Below are positions 52,191 through 58,759 of a DNA stretch of 64,000 nt, piece by piece. Made by a program: the position numbers and the translations under genes. Below the pieces are notes generated by a model, which worked only from the letters and a program-made list of their open reading frames with translations, was not told the origin of the DNA and ran no database searches. The stretch is from the IMG/VR virus record IMGVR_UViG_3300041956_000050, positions 32,001 through 96,000 of that record; one strand, given 5' to 3'. Each line of letters starts with the position of its first letter. The first letter of the stretch is position 1. This stretch comes from a virus.

Positions 52191-52373
52191 ACTCCGGAGG
52201 AATTGGGGTGGGAGAGGGATGCGCCCATCTGCCAGAAGGCATCGGCGAGCGCGTCATCGCCACTGTCAGCGGCAATGTCAGCGGTGTTGAAGCTGACCTC
52301 AGCGGCCAGCATTCGTGCGAGGTTCGCGCCAGTACCGACGCGCGGATCGAACAGGAACATGTGTCTCCTTTGT

Positions 52374-52535
52374 TTACCAGTCACCGCGCCGGAGAGACTG
52401 GCGCGCTGAGCGGCGGTCGTGGCGATTGGCGCGCTTGCCGGACTTGCCGTGCGAGCCACCCTTGCGGTCGAACGATGCGCGAGCGACGGCAGAGCCGCCA
52501 GCCTTGGCATCAGTGACAAGCTTGTTACGCTTCAT
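52374..52535 (-). CDS. Small basic protein (53 aa; not in the ORF track)
   Basis: AAGGAGG SD; MKRNKLVTDAKAGGSAVARASFDRKGGSHGKSGKRANRHDRRSARQSLRRGDW. Confidence 0.65.
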   Translation of the reverse strand: MKRNKLVTDAKAGGSAVARASFDRKGGSHGKSGKRANRHDRRSARQSLRRGDW

Positions 52536-52544
52536 GATTCCTCC

Positions 52545-53090
52545 TTACCAGGGACAGGCAACGTCGTCGCGGTGGAGGGCACCGCAGCCCTTACAGTCGA
52601 TCAGGCGACTGTCATCCGTCTTGCACTCGCCGTTGGCACGGCGCTCCCGAGCGCGAGCGATCCCATCGTGGATCGTGTGCTTGTGCTTGGGCTTTTCTGA
52701 CACAGTGGGGAGCGGCTGCTGCGGGTTCGGCTCCAGCGGAGACTCGACCTCCTCGCCCTCCTCGACCTGGCTATGCCAGTAGTGATGGCAGCGCCGACGG
52801 TCATCGTCGGTCTGCTGGCCGGTGCCACGGCAGGCATAGCACGGCCCGGTCTTGCCGGTGTACTTACCGTTGACAACCGCGCCGCCCATATAGAACAGCC
52901 CGGAGCCAAGGCACTTGAAGCACTTCTCCTCACCGGCCACTTCGACGGTGAACCAGTCCACCGGATACCACTCGGCGCGATCCTTGCCGTAGCGGTAGAT
53001 GTTGGCCCGCGTTCCGTCCTTACGGACGGCCAGCACGATGCCGCTGTCGCCATCGCGGACGTTCTTGACGATGTTTCCCTTGACCATCAT
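52545..53090 (-). CDS. Protein with a DnaJ-type zinc finger
   Basis: CFKCLGSG..CYACRGTG; AAAGGAG SD. Confidence 0.65.
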   Translation of the reverse strand: MMVKGNIVKNVRDGDSGIVLAVRKDGTRANIYRYGKDRAEWYPVDWFTVEVAGEEKCFKCLGSGLFYMGGAVVNGKYTGKTGPCYACRGTGQQTDDDRRRCHHYWHSQVEEGEEVESPLEPNPQQPLPTVSEKPKHKHTIHDGIARARERRANGECKTDDSRLIDCKGCGALHRDDVACPW

Positions 53091-53112
53091 GTCTCCTTTG
53101 TTGACACAGTGA

Positions 53113-53173
53113 GGATGGCTGCTGGACGCCGGAAGTACACACACCAGAGACTCCCGACGCCCAGCAGCCACCC
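53113..53173 (-). other. 24-bp RNA hairpin (RNase III-like site or terminator)
   Basis: Fully paired only on the - strand, using four G.U wobbles; 13-nt loop. Confidence 0.65.
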
Positions 53174-53202
53174 ACTCTGTGAGTGAGTGACTGTTGACTG
53201 TT

Positions 53203-53838
53203 TTAGTAGCTGACCGAGTTGACGGTGATGCCAGCCTTCGGCACGCAGAACGCCCACACGTTGACGGCCATCGGATCGACCGTCGAGTGACCGCCAGCGT
53301 TGCCGCCGAACTGGACGATCCAACCGTCAAGACGGTTGTCCTTCGGCGTGTTCGTGTTCCAGTCCATGCGACCGGGGAAGGACGACGACACCGGAGTGTT
53401 ACGGTTCCAGTCGCCAGTCTGGACAACCTGCACGCCGCCACTGATGGCAACGTAATCCTGCGAGCGGCCCTGATCGGCGGGATCGCACGCGACGGTGGCG
53501 ATGGCACCCTGATTGGCGTTGCTGTACTTGGCAACGCTGTAGAAGCCACCCATGACACCGGGGTGACCGTTCTTGCCAGCGGGACCGGTGTCACCCTTGA
53601 CACCCTGCGGACCCTGCGGGCCACGCGCACCGGTCGCGCCAGTGGCACCCTGCGCACCGGGCACACCCGGCTTGCTGAGCAGCTTCTGGACGCCGGGGGA
53701 GAGGTCACGCTTGTGGACAGCGCCGTTCTGGATGTTCTTGCCGGTGATCATCTCCGGCACGCCAGCGGCGTTGGCAGCCGGGACAGCGAGAGCGATGGCA
53801 GCGGTCGTTGCGATGGCGATGGTACGAATGCGCTTCAT
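53203..53838 (-). CDS. Secreted collagen-like protein
   Basis: Signal peptide; ITGKNIQNGAV; about 14 GXY repeats. Confidence 0.8.
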   Translation of the reverse strand: MKRIRTIAIATTAAIALAVPAANAAGVPEMITGKNIQNGAVHKRDLSPGVQKLLSKPGVPGAQGATGATGARGPQGPQGVKGDTGPAGKNGHPGVMGGFYSVAKYSNANQGAIATVACDPADQGRSQDYVAISGGVQVVQTGDWNRNTPVSSSFPGRMDWNTNTPKDNRLDGWIVQFGGNAGGHSTVDPMAVNVWAFCVPKAGITVNSVSY

Positions 53839-53924
53839 GTGATGTGTTCCTTGTGTTGATAGTTTCGGGACGGGTACTGCGTGGGCCTTTTAGTGTCATG
53901 CCCAGGACATGTCACTGTTAGTGA

Positions 53925-54230
53925 CTAGAGCGCCTTGACGGTGACGCGGATCTTCTGCGGCTTGCCGAGCGCCGCATCCTGCTCCTGCGAGAGATAGACC
54001 GGCGAGGAGCCGTTGTCGCTGATCTCCTCGAAGCGGACACCGCCGCCCGACTGCGGCTCGTGCGGCTTGATCTCGCGGGTCGTGCGGTCGCGCTTGCCGC
54101 GCTGCATCGTGATCGTCACGCTGTCCTGCTCGCGCTTGGGGGTGCGCGTGCGGGTGGCAGCGGGCTTCACCGTCGTCGTGTTCTTCTTGACGGTGGACTT
54201 GCGGGTACGACGGGTGGCGGTGGTCGCCAT
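53925..54230 (-). CDS. Hypothetical protein with a basic N-terminal tail
   Basis: AGGAGG SD. Confidence 0.65.
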   Translation of the reverse strand: MATTATRRTRKSTVKKNTTTVKPAATRTRTPKREQDSVTITMQRGKRDRTTREIKPHEPQSGGGVRFEEISDNGSSPVYLSQEQDAALGKPQKIRVTVKAL

Positions 54231-54286
54231 GATTGATCCTCCTGTGGATCGGTGAGTGGCAGTCACTATGACTGGCACATACTGTG

Positions 54287-54378
54287 TACCGACAACCCTT
54301 GCGGTCGTCAGCGCGAGCACACACTCGCGAAGCCGCCAGTGTTGGCGGACTTTCGGCTGTTTTCAGCCGTTGTCGGTA
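54287..54378 (-). ncRNA. Hammerhead ribozyme variant, five-way junction (copy B)
   Basis: UACCGACAAC-[GGCUG AAAA CAGCC]-GAAA-G(U)CCGCCA ACAC UGGCGG-CU-U-[CGCGAG UGUGUG CUCGCG]-CUGACGA-[CC GCAA GG]-GUUGUCGGUA. Confidence 0.82.
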
Positions 54379-54551
54379 TTGACAACGATCACCCAGTTGG
54401 CATCGGGGTGCATTCCCCAGCGCGCCATGAACAGCGCGGCCGACAGCGTGCCGTCGTCATACTTGTTCATGTCAAGCCCGACCTCCAGTGCCTCGTCAAC
54501 GGAGTTGACAGTAAGCTCGGGCCAGTCGGACGAATATATGACACTTGTCAT
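54363..54551 (-). CDS. Hypothetical protein; stop codon lies inside ribozyme copy B
   Basis: AAAGGAG SD. Confidence 0.6.
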   Translation of the reverse strand: MTSVIYSSDWPELTVNSVDEALEVGLDMNKYDDGTLSAALFMARWGMHPDANWVIVVNTDNG

Positions 54552-54573
54552 ATGTGCTCCTTTGCAGGGGTTT

Positions 54574-54846
54574 TCAGTTGCAGCAGACGGGACCGTGATC
54601 AGTCTCGATCACGTCCGGCCACCAGCTAGGCCGCACGCGGATACCGCAGCGCTCGCGCCCGCCGATCTTGCCCGAGGGCATTACCGCGCAGCCGATGATG
54701 TCAATTTCGACATCATTCATGTCCGCGAAATGCTCCGCATCGCGCTCGATGACATCGTACATGTCATCATGCACCCTGTAATAGCGGCGAGCGATGAAGC
54801 GGCCAGTGGCGAAGTCGGTGAACTCGAACGGGAATGTGTTACGCAT
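54574..54846 (-). CDS. Hypothetical protein
   Basis: GAAAGGAG SD. Confidence 0.6.
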   Translation of the reverse strand: MRNTFPFEFTDFATGRFIARRYYRVHDDMYDVIERDAEHFADMNDVEIDIIGCAVMPSGKIGGRERCGIRVRPSWWPDVIETDHGPVCCN

Positions 54847-54874
54847 AATGACATGCTCCTTTCAGGGTTTGATA

Positions 54875-55120
54875 CTAGCGCCAGCTACTGCGGCGACGCT
54901 GATTGTCAGCGAACCACGCCTCGTAATGGCGCTCGGACAGTGACAGCGGCACGACATTCGCGCCCGAGCCGATGGCCGGATCGACCATCAGCGTCTCTGC
55001 CGCCATTACTGACAGCGGCGGCTGCTTGGGTGTGCGCTTGCGAGCCGGACGCTTACGCGGCGGCTCAACGGTGACGACAGCGGTCTGGACAGCCGCAATC
55101 GCGGCATCGAAGTCGAACAT
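54875..55120 (-). CDS. Hypothetical protein
   Basis: GGAGG SD. Confidence 0.55.
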   Translation of the reverse strand: MFDFDAAIAAVQTAVVTVEPPRKRPARKRTPKQPPLSVMAAETLMVDPAIGSGANVVPLSLSERHYEAWFADNQRRRSSWR

Positions 55121-55121
55121 G

Positions 55122-55340
55122 TCAGCATCCCTCCGGACGCGAGTAGGTGACAAAGCCATCGGCCTGGACGTGAGCGTCAAGCCAACGGCACCCAACGGGG
55201 CGCGTGAGAATGGCGTCACCGTTGACGGTATCGTCAGCGATGTGCTGCCAGTCGTCGCCCATAAGGGCGATACGCGCCTTCTGCGCATCGGTGAGCGGAT
55301 TCATGTCACGGAACGCTTCCCGTAGGGCCATGTCACGCAT
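55122..55340 (-). CDS. Hypothetical protein
   Basis: GAAAGGG SD. Confidence 0.55.
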   Translation of the reverse strand: MRDMALREAFRDMNPLTDAQKARIALMGDDWQHIADDTVNGDAILTRPVGCRWLDAHVQADGFVTYSRPEGC

Positions 55341-55371
55341 ATTGTTCACCCTTTCCTTGTTTGATCCTACC

Positions 55372-55668
55372 CTACGCCACGTAGGGGTCGTAGTTGTAGA
55401 ACGTTCCGACCTCACTGTCAGTGATCGGAGCGCACGCCTCAGCGTCCGCCTCCAGTCGCCGGAGCGTGCGCTCCAGCGCAGCCAGCGCACGGCCGGAGCC
55501 AACGCGAGGGTCGGCGGTGCCGGAGAAGACCTCGATCTTCGCACGCTTGGCACCCTGAGCCTGCGACTCTCCGAGCCAGACCTGACGCCCATTGGGCAGG
55601 ATCGCGGCGATCACCGTGGTGCCGACATTCGTCGGAATGGCAACCGTATCGAGCGTAGTGGTGAGCAT
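55372..55668 (-). CDS. Hypothetical protein
   Basis: AAGGAG SD, just downstream of ribozyme copy A. Confidence 0.65.
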   Translation of the reverse strand: MLTTTLDTVAIPTNVGTTVIAAILPNGRQVWLGESQAQGAKRAKIEVFSGTADPRVGSGRALAALERTLRRLEADAEACAPITDSEVGTFYNYDPYVA

Positions 55669-55690
55669 TACTGTTTACTCCTTACTGGAA

Positions 55691-55777
55691 GTGTCTGATC
55701 CCCCGTAGGGTCATCAGCGAGGGCACACACCCTCGAACGCCCGTAGGCGTTTCGGCCGTTTTCGGCCGATCAGTCAC
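55691..55777 (-). ncRNA. Hammerhead ribozyme variant, five-way junction (copy A)
   Basis: CUGAUC-[GGCCG AAAA CGGCC]-GAAA-CGCC UACG GGCG-U-U-[CGAGGG UGUGUG CCCUCG]-CUGAUGA-[CCC UACG GGG]-GAUCAG. Confidence 0.82.
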
Positions 55778-55812
55778 TACTGTTTCACCCCTATGGGGTG
55801 GCCGGAATTGGC

Positions 55813-55992
55813 TCAGCCGCAGACCGAGCTACGCTGCCCGAAACCGAGCGCACGCATATCGCGAAGCCGGATGGAATCCTCACGCTCACGCTCATCGGCG
55901 AGATACTGCTCACGGACCCAGGTGAAGTCCTGCGAAGCGGACGCGACGAGGTTGGAACCGGTGCCCTCGGAGGGATCGAAAATACGCTGCAT
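55813..55992 (-). CDS. Hypothetical protein
   Basis: GAAAGG SD. Confidence 0.5.
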   Translation of the reverse strand: MQRIFDPSEGTGSNLVASASQDFTWVREQYLADEREREDSIRLRDMRALGFGQRSSVCG

Positions 55993-56024
55993 TTGACTAC
56001 CTTTCGTGTGGAGAGACAGTGTAA

Positions 56025-56217
56025 ACACTGTCATTGATATGAAATATGACAAGTGGAATATGACGTTTCGCTACCCTTGACATTCCACTCCCTTCCCGGC
56101 CTCTCCCGCTTCTTCCTTCTTGCGCGAGAGGTCCGTGTCAGCATTAGTGACACAGTGAAGCGGGGAATCTGCCCCGCAGCGGCGAAAATGTGCGCCCAGG
56201 AGCGTTCACTGTGTCAA
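56025..56217 (-). ncRNA. Candidate structured leader or sRNA
   Basis: 12-bp TGACACAGTGAA/TTCACTGTGTCA enclosing two hairpins; AGTGGAAT/ATTCCACT stem; palindrome GACAGTGT-AA-ACACTGTC; starts just after a TAGGAT -10-like element. Confidence 0.45.
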
Positions 56218-56222
56218 TAATC

Positions 56223-56504
56223 CTACCACTTCGTGCGCTGCGTACCGCGCGCCTGACGCCTGCGGGCGTGACGGCCGTTGATCGGCTTCTGGTGGAAGAC
56301 CATCGGCTGCACATCGGCCTCGGCCACGCGGCCTCCAGTGACGCCGACACGAGTCTTGACATTCACTGTGTGACCGTTCTGCTTCGGTGAGGTGCGCAGA
56401 CCCTTGACAGAAGTCAAGCCGGTGTAGCGCATATCGCCAGCGCCGTAGCCGGAGACGCCAGTGCAAGCGGTGCTGATCGGTGCTTGGGTGATTTCTGACA
56501 GCAT
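56223..56504 (-). CDS. Hypothetical basic protein
   Basis: AAAGGAG SD. Confidence 0.6.
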   Translation of the reverse strand: MLSEITQAPISTACTGVSGYGAGDMRYTGLTSVKGLRTSPKQNGHTVNVKTRVGVTGGRVAEADVQPMVFHQKPINGRHARRRQARGTQRTKW

Positions 56505-56572
56505 TTTGACTCCTTTGGAGGGATGGTGGGGTGACAGTCATCTGTGCTGCCACCCCGTAGGGGTTGTTCGGC

Positions 56573-56857
56573 CTACAGCGAGGCGTAGTAGAGCGAGGCG
56601 TCGAGCATGGTGGGGAAGATGCGGCAGAAGTCGCGCATCGTGCGGTAGGGGCGAAGCCCGCTGTCACGGTGAGCGGAGTTGATCCGCTGGAACTGCCCGC
56701 TGCTCGGCTTGAGCGTGGCCATCTGCGCATCGCGCTTGGGGTCGCGCATGGTGGGGGCGCTCGTCTGCGCCTTACGCGGGAGCGCGATGGGCGCAATGGT
56801 GGTGCCCTCAAGGAGAGCGTTGACTTCTTCGATGGTGGCGATCATGGTGGCGGTCAT
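56573..56857 (-). CDS. Hypothetical protein, first gene of the - block
   Basis: GGAAAGGG SD. Confidence 0.6.
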   Translation of the reverse strand: MTATMIATIEEVNALLEGTTIAPIALPRKAQTSAPTMRDPKRDAQMATLKPSSGQFQRINSAHRDSGLRPYRTMRDFCRIFPTMLDASLYYASL

Positions 56858-56896
56858 TTTGACCCTTTCCGACAGCGTAGCTGTCAATGGTGGTGT

Positions 56897-56967
56897 GTGT
56901 TTCGGCCTTCCCGAAGGGCCATCCTCAGGCACTTTGTCAGCAAAGCTGACAGGGGACTGTGCGACAC
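56897..56967 (-). ncRNA. Type III hammerhead ribozyme with one extra U after A9
   Basis: GUGU-C^GCAC..(UGUCAGC UUU GCUGACA)..GUGC-CUGAGGA-U-GGCC CUUCGGGAA GGCC-GAAACAC; GUC cleavage triplet. Confidence 0.8.
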
Positions 56968-57550
56968 TGCGCAGATCGAGTTTCCAGACCCCGTAGGGGT
57001 CAACGAGTTGCTGCGCTTTGTCCGTGAGGCTTCGCTCCCGGTTTCTGCCGGGTTGGCTGCCCTGAATCCGTAGGATCACGACTCCCTACGGGAGGATGCG
57101 AATAAGCGCTCCGTCGTGTCGCTTGTCTCCCCTACGGGGAGGGTTGCCATGTGGGCCAGCGTGATCTACCGCCTCGGCGCTATCTGGACGCATCCTCGCA
57201 TGATTGTTCCGTGCCCTCACGATTATTGGGCACATCCCTACTTCCCGGCGCTGCGATGCCTGCTAGGCGACAACGCACACGACGGTTTTCGACCGCACTG
57301 TTCACGCAACCGTAAGCCCCAAAGGGACGGCCCTCACGCACGCCTAGCCGTGAGGAGGGAGATTGCGCACCGATCCGGCTCATGCGAGCGTGTTCTCGGA
57401 CGGATTTGCACTGGGCACTAGCCCACACATGCCTATGTGGGTGCCCGCTGTGTGTCGGCGTCGTGCGCTGCCCGCTGTGGGCCTTAGGCGCTGCGCTCCG
57501 GTTATGTGGGAGCGGCCTGTGTCGGGAGCGGACGGCTCGACCGACGCCCC
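56963..57550 (-). ncRNA. Candidate large structured ncRNA (about 590 nt)
   Basis: No credible ORF; more than 10 hairpins and long-range helices, plus an 8-bp loop-distal pairing. Confidence 0.45.
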
Positions 57551-57559
57551 AAAGATCGG

Positions 57560-57900
57560 CCGGGTTCCTAAAGAGAATCTAAAGAACCCCTCTCGGAGCG
57601 GATCAAAAAGTGCCGTTTTGCAGGGAAGATAAAGTTAGATAAAGATGTCTCAAGACCCCCAAATTGGCCAATAGTCAGGATTGTTGGCATTGGGAAAAAC
57701 CCGCTATTTGCGGGATTCTCAAAAGGTCGCTATTTGCGGACTTTCTCGCGAGGGCAAAATGTCGCTATTTGCGACATCTCGACAAGGGTGTTTTCACCGT
57801 GTTTTTCAACGGTGAAAAGCTGTCGTGAATGCTTACTGTGAAAGCTGAGGTGACATGTGAGGTGACATGTCACTATGACTGTTACTTACCCCCACCCAAT
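57560..57900. promoter_or_regulatory. AT-rich divergence point with iterated hairpins (possible origin, pac site or control region)
   Basis: CGCTATTTGCG x3 (57702, 57728, 57763); 10-bp inverted repeat 57791-57818; GAGGTGACATGT x2; palindrome GTGACATGTCAC. Confidence 0.55.
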
Positions 57901-58276
57901 TTCCTGTCACTAATGGCGCGACTTACGGTGAAGCGGATGTACGAGAGTCTGCCACCGGCAGAGAATGCTGACCCCTGAGGAGGCTGATTCATCACTCTTG
58001 ACGTAGGCCCGGAAGCCCGAGTTGCCCTCAGGGTGCCGCTCTGTGCCCTGCCCCTGGCCCATTCCTACCATCCCCACCCAGTGTTTCAACAGTGTTGACA
58101 CAGATACGCGGCGTAAGTCGAGCGTTCCGCTGCTGATCTCAGTGCGGGAGCGTGGCTCGGGTTGACCCCTACGGGGTACAACCCTGAGATTCCATACTGT
58201 TGGTACAGATTTGCTGGGATCAGGCGGGGATGCTAGCCTGTGCGGGACAACCCGACGACCCCAGGAGGTCAGCCCC

Positions 58277-58495
58277 ATGAGGGCGATGTTCTACGAGTAC
58301 AACGATGTGCGGTCAGATCCGGAGCTTCCGCTGTTTGCGGTCATGGTCGAGAACCAGGCGGCGGGGCTACGGCTGGGACTACAGCGCGAGTCCGAGCGCA
58401 AGGGCAGCGAACGCCGGATCGTGATCGAGCCGCTGACCGCCGAGCAGGCGCAGAAGGAACTCGCGGGCGGCACGAAGTTCGTGGAGGTGAAGTAA
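58277..58495 (+). CDS. Hypothetical protein
   Basis: AGGAGG SD. Confidence 0.6.
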   Translation: MRAMFYEYNDVRSDPELPLFAVMVENQAAGLRLGLQRESERKGSERRIVIEPLTAEQAQKELAGGTKFVEVK

Positions 58496-58498
58496 GCA

Positions 58499-58759
58499 AT
58501 GGCTACACGCAGAGTGACCCCGCACGAGTTGGTGGTCGGCTCGGACGGCACGGCCTGGCAGGTGTTCCGGATTCGCCACGACGATGGCGCGTACACGGCG
58601 GTCACCGTGATGCAGAGTGCTCCGGCGCAGCGCGGGCCGAAGGCGACTGAGGAACGGCGGGTCGGCTACTCGTCCGCGCTCAACGTCCACACAGTGATGA
58701 CAGAACCGCTGGTGTGGATCGAGGACTACGCGGAGCGCCACAAGCCGAGGGCGGCGTAG
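58499..58759 (+). CDS. Hypothetical protein
   Basis: GGAGG SD. Confidence 0.6.
   Translation: MATRRVTPHELVVGSDGTAWQVFRIRHDDGAYTAVTVMQSAPAQRGPKATEERRVGYSSALNVHTVMTEPLVWIEDYAERHKPRAA

Noticed and set aside
53845-53925. Possible fourth ribozyme (minus-strand UAGUC...GAAACUA, with a possible UGGGC/GCCCA pseudoknot)
   Set aside because: No CUGANGA box, and it does not fit pistol or twister consensus by eye; probably hairpins or operators.
56148-56216. tRNA or tRNA-like gene
   Set aside because: No TTCG T-loop, anticodon arm or CCA end; no tRNA was recognised anywhere in the window by eye.
56510-56572. GCCGAAC..CAGAUGA resembling a degenerate hammerhead
   Set aside because: Both core boxes are mismatched; better explained by two alternative simple hairpins.
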